In this document: piece after piece, positions 26,740 through 38,994 of the stretch | How positions within the stretch are numbered: position 1 is the first letter of the stretch | Layout: every line of letters begins with the position of its first letter | Assembly: GCA_951406725.2 (NCBI GenBank) | Contig: OX597814.1 | Coordinates: 181,784,001 to 181,848,000, forward strand | DNA: 64,000 nucleotides | DNA from: Octopus vulgaris | Taxonomy: Eukaryota | Direction: 5' to 3' | Position numbers and translations under genes: made by a program | The notes under the pieces: generated by a model | Told to the model about the DNA's origin: nothing | What the model saw: only the letters and a program-made list of their open reading frames with translations | The model's database searches: none

Positions 26740-27550
26740 TCGATGTGGATTATAGCAGTGATTGGGCTGTCTCTTGCTTTTTATGATGGTATGTGTTTGT
26801 AGGATTAAGTTCATTCTGTGGTCCTTTTTTAGCAGGGGAATGTTTTGAAGGATGGTGTCCAAAGCTTAATTGTTAAGATGATTGTGTGTGGAGATGTATG
26901 GTAGGGCTTTTGACTGTAAATCCTTCTTTAATTTGGGATGTCTGAGTTCGTGGATGTTGAGTTGTAGGGCACGTTGAAAGCATATGTCAATTAGGTGGGA
27001 AGTTCCTGGTGATGAGCGTGTCCTTTAGTTCATGTAGTTGTGTGTCCCTGGTGCTTGCATTAGAAATTATAGTACATATCCTTTTTGCTAGGTTGAAGGG
27101 GATATTCATTCTGGTGTGTCTGGGGTGGCATGAGTTGAACGGTAGATATTGCTTGGAGTCCGTGGGCTTGTAGTATATGTCTGTTTCTATTACGTTGTTA
27201 GATTTCTTAATGAGGATGTCGAGGAAGGGAAGTTGTAGATGGCTATATTCCATCGTGAATTGAATGTTTACGTCAAGTCCGTTTATAAGTGCTTGGAATT
27301 CTTTAAGTCTCTCTATACTTTCATGCCAAAGAATGAAGCAGTCATACAGGTATTTCTTCCAGTTATTTTCTATGTAGAGAGAGATGGACTGCCGTTTTTT
27401 CTCGAACCTTACGATAAAGACTAATTTCTAGATATCCCATGACTAGGTTAGCAAAGGAGGGGACCATTCTCATACCCATCGCAGTCCCCGATTATTGTCG
27501 ATAGAAGTTGTCTTTGAAGACGAAGTAGTTATTCTTCAAGATGAATTTTA
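26740..27550 (-). pseudogene. Penelope RT core and thumb fragment
   Basis: FILKNNYFVFKDNFYRQ*SGTAMGMRMVPSFANLVMGYLE...KKYLYDCFILW...LPFLDILI...DIYYKPTDSKQYLPFNSCHPRH matches PLE RT motifs (GTAMG, YxDD-like, LPFLD, YKPT, SCHP). Confidence 0.9.
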
Positions 27551-28600
27551 GATACACAATAGTGAAAAAGTAAGTAACGCATGCAGAATAGCCACAGACA
27601 TAATAATCAAAGTCCCTACTCCTAATGACCTCAAATTGAGACCTATAATAGCAGGTCCCGTATGCGAAACACACCGCCTCAGTAAATTTTAGATACCCTC
27701 TTAAAACCATTCCTCAAGCATGTCAAAAGCTACATAAGGGACGACCTGGATATGCTCAATCACCTTCCTTAAACAATAAACAAAAACACCCTACTAGTAT
27801 CTTTCGATGTAGTCAACCTCTATTCCAAAATCCCCCACAACCAAGGAATAGAGGCAATTCAGTTCTGGCTAGAAAATTACACCGACGAACTCCCACATCG
27901 CATCAAAAAAGAATTCGTGATAGAAGGGCTAAAATTCATCTTGAAGAATCACTAATTTCAACGTGCCGTACAACCCAATATCCACGAACTCAGACATCCC
28001 AAATTAAAGTTAGTTAGTTAGTTAGTTAATTTTTTGGCTCAAAAAGCAAAAAAGCAAGGTCATAGGATTTACAACCAAAAGCCCTACCATACATCTCCAC
28101 ACACAACCCTCTTAACAATGAAGCCTTCGACACCTTCCTTCAAAACATTCCCCTGCTAAAAACGGACCACAGAATGAACTTAATTCTCCAAACACGCGCC
28201 ATCATAAAAATCAAGAGACAGCCCAAATCTATGAAAAGTCTCCTAACACAAGCCCGAATACGCCCAACAACAACATTGAAGCCGTCAGTAAAAAAAATGA
28301 GGGAGACCCAACTGTGGGATATGCGTCAATTTAATTGCGGGATCAGAGTTCTCCTTCAAACAGGGACAACGTTTCACAGTGAAAAGTAGCTTCACATATA
28401 CTTTGGAAAACCTGATATACACACTAACCTGCTCTGGGTGTCAAGAGCAATAAATAGGCCAAACAAAAAAGCAGTCTACGCCAAAGGATGGCTCTACATA
28501 GACTCCAAATCAAAATTCGGAAATACAGAAAAATGGCATTCAAGGAACGCATCTACATTTGCGCCAATAACAAACAGTCCAGCTTCAGAATTCTCCTTCA
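27551..28600 (+). pseudogene. Penelope RT N-terminal part plus GIY-YIG, RT core deleted
   Basis: LRPIIAGPVCETHRLSKFLDTLLKPFLKHVKSYIRDD...LLVSFDVVNLYSKIPH...GLKFILKN, then a linker similar to 26760-26980, then ENLIYTLTCSGCQEQ*IGQTK. Confidence 0.85.
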
Positions 28601-29039
28601 CTGAATTACTATTTTTTCTCCTCTCCCTTCACTTATACTACTCTTTCTCCTACACCCTCCTCTGTGACTTTGGACAAATATATATATATACAAATACATA
28701 AAAACACTACCCTCATTAGGAGATTATTTTAAAGAGATAAACTCCAAAAAATTATCTAAATGAACCTACTCAAAGTAACTTTTCATATAAAAAAATACAG
28801 AAAACTGAAGAGCTGCTATAAAAAAATATCTAAACCAACATTACCATTGTCAGGTAATGCAGAGTAAGTGCTATAGATAAACCATAGTTAAGCTCCAGGT
28901 TCGGTGATTATGCGAATAAAGAGTCCAACGTAGGTCATATATCAGCGTGTGTATATATAAAAAAAAATTTTTCATGAGATTAAAAAAAACCAAGGCTGTG
29001 AAACCTTCTCAGCCTTGTTTTTTTTAAATCTCATTCTGA

Positions 29040-29073
<34 letters not shown>

Positions 29074-29157
29074 TAACATAAATAATATATAAACATATGT
29101 CTATATACATACATATATGTACATACCTACATCTATATGTATATATACATACATATA

Positions 29158-29500
29158 TGGGTACAGGATACAAAAAAAAAACGTTGAACACAATGAGAAA
29201 CGAAAACATAAAAACAAAAACATGGAAACGAACATTTTTTCAAACAACGAAAAAACAGAGTACAAGACATACAACACAAAAAATATTCCCCTTCTTCAGT
29301 TGTCCCTGTTTCGTCTACTCCGCGTTTCGTTCTCTCTTCTTCTCTTTCTCTTTCTTCTTCGTCTTCTTCTTCTCCGCCACCTCCTTTCTTACTTTACTAC
29401 TACTGCAAATATAAACAATACATTCAAAAGAGATATCTCAAGAATTCAGTCACTACTACCATCCTTGTGTTGTATGTCTTGTACTCTGTTTTTTTCATTG
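29158..29500 (-). mobile_element. Probable PLE-type terminal fragment at (TA)n with partial inverted copy
   Basis: AAAAAACAGAGTACAAGACATACAACACAA (~29250) is inverted at ~29465-29495. Left end abuts the TA/TACA tract. Confidence 0.45.
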
Positions 29501-30902
29501 TTTGACCCCAGTATTGTTTTTTTAAATCTGGTACTTATTATTTTGCCGAACCGCTAAGTTACGGTGACGAAAACACACCAACACCAGTTTTCAAGCGGTG
29601 GTAGAGGACAAACACCGATACAAAAACCCAAACATAGACACACAAACATATAAGTGTGTGTGTGTGTTTGTGTTTGAAAACTGGTGTTGGTGTGTTTACG
29701 TCCCTGTAACTTAGCGGTTTGGCAAAAGTGACCAAAAGAATAAGCACCAGGCTTTAAGATATATATATATATATATATATTGTTACGAACCCTGCTGTCG
29801 CTCAAACTCGAACCCGGGACCCTACTAAGTCGAGCGACGACGATTGACCAGCTCAGTCGAACGGGAATCCGCCACACAGAGAGGAAACGGTGGTGGGGGA
29901 TGGCAGCGAACTCGAACCGGCGACCGGAGATAACAACAACAACAACAGCAGGAGGAAGAGACAGAGACACGGCGGAAGGCAATCACTTACATTTAACAAC
30001 AATTTATACGACTATTACGACATCAAATACAATGTGATACATAGCAGACACATTAAAGAAAATAATATGCAACAGAATCAAAAAGAAAAACAACAAAGGC
30101 ATGCACGATACAGAACGTCCGAAGCAATCAAAACAGTTCAAATTGATGCAATATAGTTCGAAACAATGTTCTACATTAAAGTCTTTCTCTTTCTTTCCTT
30201 TTCTCTTCAACACAATTCACAATGTTCTTTATAATCTCATTTCTTTTCTTCCTCTTTTCCTTCTCTTTTTTTCTTTTGACACAATTCTTTTTTCCTTCTT
30301 TTTCCTCAATTCACAGTTCTTTTTTTGCAACACAGTTCACAATTTAAACATAAACAAAACATACCGTTACAAGCTCCTACTACAATAGCCAATGCCTTCA
30401 CACCGTAATCTCCCTCACCTCCTCAATCCTCTGTGTATGTCTTTCTCAACGTTGTCGTTGCCTCTCGCCATCCCCACCTTCTTGGCTGACCGTCCGTATC
30501 ACTGCTGTCTTTTGCCAATTCACTGTCTCAGGCAGAACTGACCAACAAGCCCAGCTCGTCGCATTTTAAAGGGTGGTTTCTTAAACTTTCCCTGACCGGA
30601 AAAGGGTCAGATATCTCTTCCAAACCCATTAATCTCTCCAGAAACCGACAGGACAAAGGCTTTATCCGTCTGCCTGGCGCCAAACCACGAAACTAGGCCA
30701 CAAGCACTCTGTTTCTCAACTGACCTCCATATCAATATATATATATACTAACGGCTTCTTTCAGTTTCCGTCTACCAAATCTACTTACTAGACTTTGGCT
30801 GACCCGAGGCTATAGGTGAAGACATTTGCTCAGGCTTCCACGCAGTGGAATTGAACCCGGAATCATTTGGTTAGGAAGCAAACCTCTTACCACACAACCA
30901 CA
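29500..30902 (-). mobile_element. SINE family A sequence interrupted at its (TA)n by an LTR
   Basis: 3' parts at ~29500-29760 (locally rearranged); 5' half at ~30750-30902. Confidence 0.75.
29781..30734 (-). mobile_element. Solo LTR (Gypsy-like)
   Basis: TGTTA...TATCA termini with ATAT on both sides. Its minus-strand start (TGATA..GAGGTCAG...AGTTTCGTGGTTTGG.GCCAG) matches 33506 onward. Confidence 0.7.
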
Positions 30903-31521
30903 AATTCTCTCATTAACTAACAACATACAATATCTAAGAATTCGAAAATTTTAATTCTTTGTAAAATTCCGCGAAATAGTGCAAGAGACAAAGATCTCTC
31001 GAAGTGTGATACTCTTTTTGGAGCCATTCATATATAGAGATGCATTTTCTATAATGGATCAAATCGCTCATATAATTATAGATATTAGCATCCTTTCCGC
31101 TTTGGTCGACTTTGCCTCTTATCTTTTCGGGGTCGATAAAATGAGTACCCTGTTGAATACTAGGATTGATGTAATCGACCTTTCGCTCCCCTAAAATTGC
31201 TGGTATGTGCCAAAGTTTGAAACCAATATTGGCATCATTTGCACAGCAGATAACAATAAAGTAGTGAATCACCTTTCCGGGTGGAAATTTTTTGAAAGAG
31301 AATCAAACTCGATAAATTAGTGTTTTAAAAAGGACACAATGTTGAGAAAGCAGGCAGTTAGAGTGTTAAAAAAAAACAGAAGGGAGGATAATTCCGAGTT
31401 CGTTTGTACTGGATAGGTTTCTACTGTTTATACAGGCTATGGAAACAGTGAAGTGTTTGGTGTAACTGTAGTTGACATAAAAGTTATTATTATTGAAAAT
31501 CCTGTTTGTGGGAAATGCTTA

Positions 31522-32151
31522 GGATCTTTACCTTTTGACCGACAGATTTTAAAAAATAATTTTTTGTAACAAAATACTTTCAAACTTCGGACACTGGTAG
31601 ATTGTGTCATATAAAACATCTTTTACTCTTAGCATTTTTTAGAAAAACTTATATTTACGAAGTTATTACAGGTTAAAGTTGTAGTATTTCGCTAATTTCA
31701 ACCAATCAATGACGTGTATTCAGCTGAATAAAATTACTGCTGGTGTTTGTCAACAACAACTTCCAGCGGTGTATTTTTCGTTTGTCACTGTTATTTATGA
31801 CAACCCGAACCCTAAAATCCTAACCCTAACTCTAAAACCTTAAGTCTAAAACCAGTACAAACGCACGAACGATGTCATAAATAACAGTGACAAACGAAAA
31901 ATACACCGCCGATAGTTGTCGTTGACAAACAACGGCAGTAATTTTATTCAGCTGAATACACGTCATTGATTGGTTGAAATTACCGAAATACAAGAACTTT
32001 AACGTGAAATAACTTCGTATATATAATTTTTCTCAAAAATGCTTAGAGTAAAAGATGTTTTATATGACACATTTTACCAGTGTCCGAAGTTTGAAAGTGT
32101 TTAGTTACAAAAAATTATTTTTTTAATCTGTCAGTCAAAAGGTAAAGATCC
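31522..32151. mobile_element. Foldback MITE with ~280-bp TIRs, GG termini, 8-bp TSD (Merlin-like)
   Basis: GGATCTTTACCTTTTGAC...GTCAAAAGGTAAAGATCC. Perfect TSD AATGCTTA (31514-31521, 32152-32159). Degenerate CCCTAA repeats in the spacer. Confidence 0.9.
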
Positions 32152-32614
32152 AATGCTTATAAATGAGTCTTAAGAAATTTGTAGCTATATTTAAGCAAAC
32201 ATTTAAGCTATATACATAGGATCATACAGGTTTATCTTTCGTTCCCTATATATGAGTTTATGTAAATCAGTGTTGCTCTGTATGCAACTTATTCTATCTT
32301 GGAAGTGGTCTCCGAAGAAGGCGTTATTGAAATAAATATTATTATAATAACCAGCACAATTAAATAAGTTCTCATCAATATACTACTAACATGCGCTACT
32401 AACATTCATCAGACTTTTAGGACTGGTGGCTGGTAGTTGAGGGCTCTATCAGTACAACATTTTCTTGCAGTGTTTAATATATAGAGAGGATCACGTCTTT
32501 TTGTGCATTGTATTAAATGAAAATGTAACGAGTTACTCAATGCTTCTTTCTGGCAATCAATTAAATCTTGATGTATTATTAATTAATAATATTTCGAAGT
32601 TTTTGAATATTATT

Positions 32615-33018
32615 TACTCTTTACTCCTTTACTTGTTTCAGTCATTTGACTGAGGCCATGCTGGAACACCGCCTTTAGTCGAGCAAATCGACCCCAGGAC
32701 TTATTCTTTGTAAGCCTATTACTTATTCTATCGGTCTCTTTTGCCGAACCGCTAAGTTACGGGGACGTAAACACACCAGCATCGGTTGTCAAGCGATGTT
32801 GGGGGGACAAACACAGACACACAAACATATACACACACACACATATATATATATTATGGGCTTCTTTCAGTTTCCGTCTACCAAATCCACTCACAAGGCT
32901 TTGGTCGACCCGAGGGTATAGTAGAAGACACTTGCCCAAGGTGCCACGCAGTGGGACTGAACCCGGAACCATGTGGTTGGTAAACAAGTTACTTACCACA
33001 CATCCACTCCTACGCCTA
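32615..33018 (-). mobile_element. SINE family A, full length
   Basis: Reverse complement of the consensus. Confidence 0.9.
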
Positions 33019-33113
33019 TATATGTGTATATATTCATAAAGTATTCGACAATCTTAAACGTTGCACCTAGAGTTTATTATTCAAGAGAGAAAGGTTTATA
33101 TATATATATATAT

Positions 33114-33482
33114 AACAATTGCAGCGTGGAAGGTGTTTATAAGCCATTTAAGAAACACACAAAAGCCGTTCGATTCACTTCAACATTTAAGTTTAATTTG
33201 TCAAGATATTTTCGTCGCTAAAATCCGCGACCTGTTCACTGACAAAGACCGTTCACTGACAAAGTCCGTGCTGCATCTCAGATGCAGCACGGACTTTGTC
33301 AGTGAACAGGTCGCGGATTTTAGCGACGAAAATATTTTGACAAATTAAACTTAAATGTTGAAGTGAATCGAACGGCTTTTGTGTGTTTCTTAAATGGCTT
33401 ATAAACACCTTCCACGCTGCAATTGTTTTTGTTTCAGCACACGATCTCAGATCAAATTACTTGCTATGCGAGTACATCTCCC
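33114..33482. mobile_element. Palindromic PLE pseudo-LTR pair in (TA)n
   Basis: Arms 33114-33278 and 33280-33427 are near-perfect inverted repeats around one base (33279). One arm has an extra ~55-nt tail ending CATCTCCC-(TA)n. Confidence 0.85.
33295..33344 (+). ncRNA. Minimal hammerhead-like fold with G3:C8 core
   Basis: Stem I UUUGUCA/UGACAAA, core GUGAACA, stem II GUCGC/GCGAC, GAAA, palindromic AAUAUU stem III, UUU triplet. Confidence 0.6.
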
Positions 33483-33505
33483 TATATATATATATATATA
33501 TATAG

Positions 33506-34020
33506 TGATACGAGGTCAGCCGGAGAAAAAATGCTGTGACCCAGTTTCGTGGTTTGGTGCCAGATGGACTGGGGAGACAGGTTATTTGGCTTTGTCCTGT
33601 CATCTGTAGGGAAAATTAATGAGTTAGGAAGCGACATTTTGGTCCCTACGGTCAGAGAAAGTTTAAGAAATAAATAAAAATGCTACCCTTTATAAATGCG
33701 GCTGGCATTGGGGTTAGTGGTCAGTTAACGAACTTTTAATCAATAAACATCAATAAGTTGAACGCGTCGGGTATTACGAATGCTTGCAAACGCATAGGCG
33801 CCGTCAGTCGAGTAAAACCTGAAAGTTATTGCAGTCTTTCACTACAAAGATCTACTCATTTGTTGCTCCCATCCCCTCCGAGGTAGAGAGGATGTCTACT
33901 TTTCCTTATCCATGAATTCTGTGTTAATAAAGTATGTCACTTCTTAAATCATTCAATTTGTAACGAATTCGTTTGTGACCGAATTTCTAATCTCTTGCTT
34001 CATTACCTGGCGTTCACGAA
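33506..34020 (+). mobile_element. LTR related to 29781-30734, possibly followed by a primer-binding site
   Basis: Start TGATACGAGGTCAG...CAGTTTCGTGGTTTGGTGCCAG, AATAAA at ~33925, TGGCG at 34008. The 3' boundary is uncertain. Confidence 0.5.
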
Positions 34021-34623
34021 GTAGAAGCCATAGCTATTTCTTATGCAGTTGTCACTGCTATTATTGCTAGTAATGCTTCTGCTATATGTTACTGTCTACA
34101 GCACGCAGCCACCATGAAGATCTCTGTCTGTCTGTCTGTCTGTCTCTCTTTCTCTCTCTCAACGTTACAGAAAGCGGAATTAATTGGTTTGTATAGATTT
34201 GTATGAACTAGTACAACAGAGATTTATATAGACCAACAGCAGATATATACTGACCAGTACTGCAGAGATGTGTATAGACCAGTTCAGGAAGGAATTATTT
34301 TATAATTTGAGTCAGAAAGAAAATATATCACTAACTTGTTTTGTTTTCTTTCAGCCTTAAATGTCTCGATCGAGCAGACAAATCAATGATCAAAGTTCCA
34401 TTGTTTTGTCTCATCACAGCGCACACAGAACTACCGCATCCAATGTGGCCTTCGTTATTTAAGAGAATATGGTATCATATAAGGGAAATTGACTTTTATT
34501 TCTAGCAGATCGTTCGACAACATAGACTCATATTCCTCATATTGACTCATATTCTTCCGAGGGAAGCGTTACAACTCCTTTGAAAAACATGTCTAACACA
34601 AAGTCTACTTGTTTTGCCACTTA

Positions 34624-35135
34624 CCGTAAATCCTCGAGCATAGTCCGCCCTTGAGTATAATACACAGGGGATTTTTAGGGGGCTGTACCTCTGAAAAACC
34701 TAAACCTTGTGTATAATATGCACCCCTTCTCTAACTTGAGTCAAGAAGGTCCATATAACGTCCCTGGTTTGTAAAAATGTATACGGTAACGTCCTTTATT
34801 ATTATTGTATATATAGCATAATGCAAACGTGTAGCTTTTTTGTGCATTTTGTTTGCAGAAAATAAAGCAGTAACAGTAATAACGTTTAATAAATGTTGCT
34901 TACTTCAAGTTATGGATGATTCTTTTATGACTTCATTGCTTTCAGGCTTAGCTTAAGGTATTTTCGCGCCCGACATCACAAAATGCATCTGAATAAACAT
35001 TGCCGGACAGCAAATAAAGATTCGGACATTGCTTAGAAAATATTTTTCATTTTTAACCTCGCATATAGTACGCACTAGGGATTTTGACCTTTAAATTTGG
35101 GGAAAAAATTGCAGATTATACTCGAGGATTTACGG
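34624..35135. mobile_element. Tc2/pogo-type MITE
   Basis: TIR CCGTAAATCCTCGAG / CTCGAGGATTTACGG with TA on both sides. Confidence 0.88.
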
Positions 35136-35289
35136 TACATTTATTTAATAAAATCCATACCATAGTTCTATTAAACTATGCTGTATAAATCGCGCTAGTC
35201 TTTCAGTCTTTCTCTATGGAGGAAAGGGAAGGGTTTCTTTTTAAATTTTTCTATTTTTCATTATTTATTTATTTCTGTATTATATATTG

Positions 35290-35893
35290 GTGCAGGCATA
35301 GCTGTGTGGTTAAGAAATTTACTTTGCAATCCCGTAGTGTCGAGATCAGTCCCACAGCACGGCACTTTGGGCAAGTGTCTTCTACTATAGCGCCCGACCA
35401 ATATCTTGGGAGTGAATCTAATAGATAGAAACTGTGTGGAAGCCTGTTGTACGTGTGTGTGTTCTTGTGTTTGTCTCCCTTACCACTTGACAACCAGTCT
35501 TGATTTGTTTACATACCCGCAACTTAGCGGTTCGGCAAAAGACATCGATAAGTACCAGACTTAAAAGTAAGTACAGGGGGTCGACTTGTTCCATTTAATC
35601 CTTCGAGGTAGTACTCCAGCTAGGCCACAGCCCAGTGACTGAATCAAGTTAAAAGATAAAATCGACATTTACTACCCACAAGGGGCTAAACACAGAGAAG
35701 ACAAACAAGGACAGACAAACAGATTAAGTCGATTACATCGACCCCAGTGCTTAACTGGTACTTAATTTATCGACCCCGAAAGGATGAAAGGCAAAGTCGA
35801 CTTCGGCGGAATTTGAACTCAGAACGTAACGGCAGACGAAATATGGCTACGCATTTCGCCCGGCGTGCCAACGTTTCTACCAGCTCGCCGCCC
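35290..35893. mobile_element. Diverged SINE A (+, 35290-35660) tail-to-tail with SINE B (-, 35667-35893)
   Basis: Similarity to the family consensus sequences in this window. Confidence 0.8.
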
Positions 35894-36609
35894 TACAGAA
35901 TGATCATACCGTTTCATTAATACTCTTCAGATGCTGAGTTTGAATGAAACAATGATGATATAATGTGAATGAATGTGTTACAAAAGTAAACTGCAAGAAA
36001 ACAGAAAATAAAAGTAAAAGGGAAATGGAGTGTACTGTTATCGCAGATGTAATTCTAATCTCCGCCAAACAAATATATACATAACGGTTGCAGGGTAAAT
36101 TCAAAAAGAAACCTGTGATGTTGTTTATTCGAAATGATTTACGCTGTCATAGAACGCATCATACTCAGTCGAGCAAAAAAGAAAGCTGATATGTGACAAG
36201 AACAACAGAGATATTGAATAGCTTCTTCCCTAAATAAAATACTCTTATTGATGAAATGGGAACGACTGTAGCCGATTAGATCTAACACCAGCATTATATA
36301 TACTCTAAAAGGATGTAGAGTAAGACATGAAATAAAAATAAATAAATAAACAAAAAGCAAAAAGAAAAAAACTTCTGGAAAACAAAACAAAATGAGCAAA
36401 AACCGCACAACATTGTGTTAGACATGTTTTTCAAAGGAGTTGTAACACTTCCTTCAGGGAGTTATAGTAAATCTGCGAGGATGGCTACTTCTATGTTTTA
36501 CACTGAAAATTAATACAGACTAGCTGGACTCGTAAAAAATTCACGGAAAACATAGAAAATGTAAGCATCTGTAAACAGTGTACTAGTGCCATGAGAAATG
36601 TTTGTATAT

Positions 36610-37185
36610 TATAACCGTCTGTCTTTCCTTTCTGAGTTCAAATTCTGCCTAAGTCGACTTTGCCATTTGTCCTTTGGGGAACGATAAATTAAGTACCAGT
36701 TGTGTACTGAAGTTGATCTAATCAACTGACCCTTCCCCACAAAAATTTCAGGCCGAGAAAAGTATATTGTGACAGTTACAGATTATAGAAAGTAATGTAA
36801 CACGAATGACTATATAATCCAATCAAAATATCTCAGTTACACAAACATAAACGAAATTACTATTTAACCTTAGAATACATCGTACATATTCAAAGAACCT
36901 TCTTGGTTTAGTGGTACGGAACGTTCTTCTGGTATTCTTTTATTCTTTTAGTGGTACGGAACGTTCTTCTGGTATTCTTTTATTCTTTTAGTTGTTTCAG
37001 TCATTTGACGGTGGCTATGCTAGAGCACCGCCCTTTAGTCGAAGAAATTGACCCCCGTAAGCCTGGTGCTTATTCTATCAGTCTCTTCTGCTGAACAGCT
37101 AAATTACAGAGATGCAAACGCACCAACATTGGTCTGAAGCAATGGTGGTGGTGGTGGTGGGACAAACACAGACACAAGCACAAAC
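36610..37185. mobile_element. SINE B fragment (+, ~36610-36765), 40-bp tandem duplication (36911-36990), SINE A 3' half (-, ~36975-37185)
   Basis: Family motifs; GTGGTACGGAACGTTCTTCTGGTATTCTTTTATTCTTTTA occurs twice. Confidence 0.75.
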
Positions 37186-38034
37186 CTAGATTCTCTACTT
37201 GTACTTTCCTCTACTCTCCTACACTTCGGCTGCACCTCTCCTACCCATGGATTACATTGGACTCTTCCTTTAATGAGAAATCGCTCTAATACACCACGAC
37301 GTCTGAACCTTTTGAACTTTTTTTCTAAACTTATTCTACTTTCTGCTTTTTCCTATTGTCGTTTCTCCCAACCCTATTTAACTTGCCTCTCTATTTCTGT
37401 GATCCTTTCTGTGGAAGAGCGTAGGCTCGAAACGTAAAAAACTTCTCAGTTCCCGAGCGTTAAACTAATACATCTGTTTGTTGTTTACACACCCATCTTC
37501 GTCTTTTATTTTTTTGTAAATTCTCTCTCTCTCTTTCTCTCTCTCTATATATATATACACACACACCAGTACCTTCCACTGAACATTCTTCTACGCACAT
37601 GTGTAGATAGACACACAACAGGAGCCACTCCTACTATCAATTCTTCCTATGACCTTAAACAATACTAAGCCCAACCACACCCATAGATAAACAACCACAA
37701 CCACACACACACACGCACACAGAGACACACGTGCTATCATTCACACACACACACACATACCCACACATACCTCCTCTTGCACTCTCCTGTCTTTGAAAGA
37801 ACTTTTTCTTCACCCATTCTCTTCCGGTCATTCAATATGTGACCGCGTGTGTATCGTTGGCGATTTTCTTTCTCCGTCTTCCCTTCCTTGGACCTTTCCT
37901 TTTTCTATGTTTCTGACGAAGAGCTCCACTCGAAACGTTAAAACCTTCTTTCTTTCCTTCTTTTCTGAACACTATACTTGTTCCACGTCCTCGCGTTATT
38001 GTGTTTTCTCTTTGTGTTTTCATGTTTGGATTAA

Positions 38035-38037
<3 letters not shown>
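37186..38037 (+). mobile_element. Two consecutive PLE-type 3' ends, each with a hammerhead-like motif and ending in (TA)n
   Basis: CTGTGGA-A-GAGC-GTAG-GCTC-GAAA-CGTA at 37409-37436 and CTGACGA-A-GAG-CTCCA-CTC-GAAA-CGTT at 37913-37939. Confidence 0.7.
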
Positions 38038-38089
<52 letters not shown>

Positions 38090-38994
38090 ATGAGCTTGTA
38101 GGTAGTGGTGATGCTGGCTGGTATGATTTTGTAGTTTGCTAGTATACCGAGAGAGATCGACCGCACAATCATATACATACAAACATTTACCTAGATAGAG
38201 GGGCAGACAGTCAGACAATAAGTGTCAGTAGTCCACAACGAAGTTTTCACCTCTCTCTCTTCATACCTGTTGCTTTGCTACTGACTGGAATTGTTTTAGT
38301 TGCCTTCGGCGTGTAAGTATCTACTGTCTCTTTCACTCTCTCTTTCTTTTTCATTTCCTTTGTGTTTCTCTTCTCTCCCGCTTTTGATTTAACAATGTGT
38401 ATGTGTATCTATGTATCTACTTCTCTTGCGATGAGCGCCGTCACCACTCACTGTCTCTTTCACTCTCTCTCTTTCTCGCTCACTTTTTCTCTCTATCACT
38501 CTCTTTCTTTCTCTCTTACTTCCTCTCTGAAACATTTACAAAGACAAAACGAACGCCGTCACCACTGTCTCTTTCTCTCTTACTTCCTCTCTGTCCTCCT
38601 CTCTCTCTCTCGCTTTGCTACCTCATTGAAGTATGACAGACAATACAGGTACGTAAAAAAACAAAAGGTGAGCGCATTAACATTATTGATGAGAGGAGAG
38701 AAAAAAGAAAAACCTCCTGGTGGGTGGGATGTTGATGATTTTACGAGATGAAAGGAGGCATTCGAACACAAACGATTGAGAATCACTTTGACAAAAAGTT
38801 CGAATAAAGTGGAAGTTTTCCTGTTTCAACGACTTTCCTTTCACTCTTACACTGCTCCCATCTCAACCTCTCTTCTTTAAAAAAAAAAAAAAGTACCAAA
38901 ATTTTTGTGACTGCTTCGTCAGAAACACCTTTCCTTCTGCAATATATATCCTGAGACCTGTAAATTACTTATCTCCACACTTGAACATTCATAA

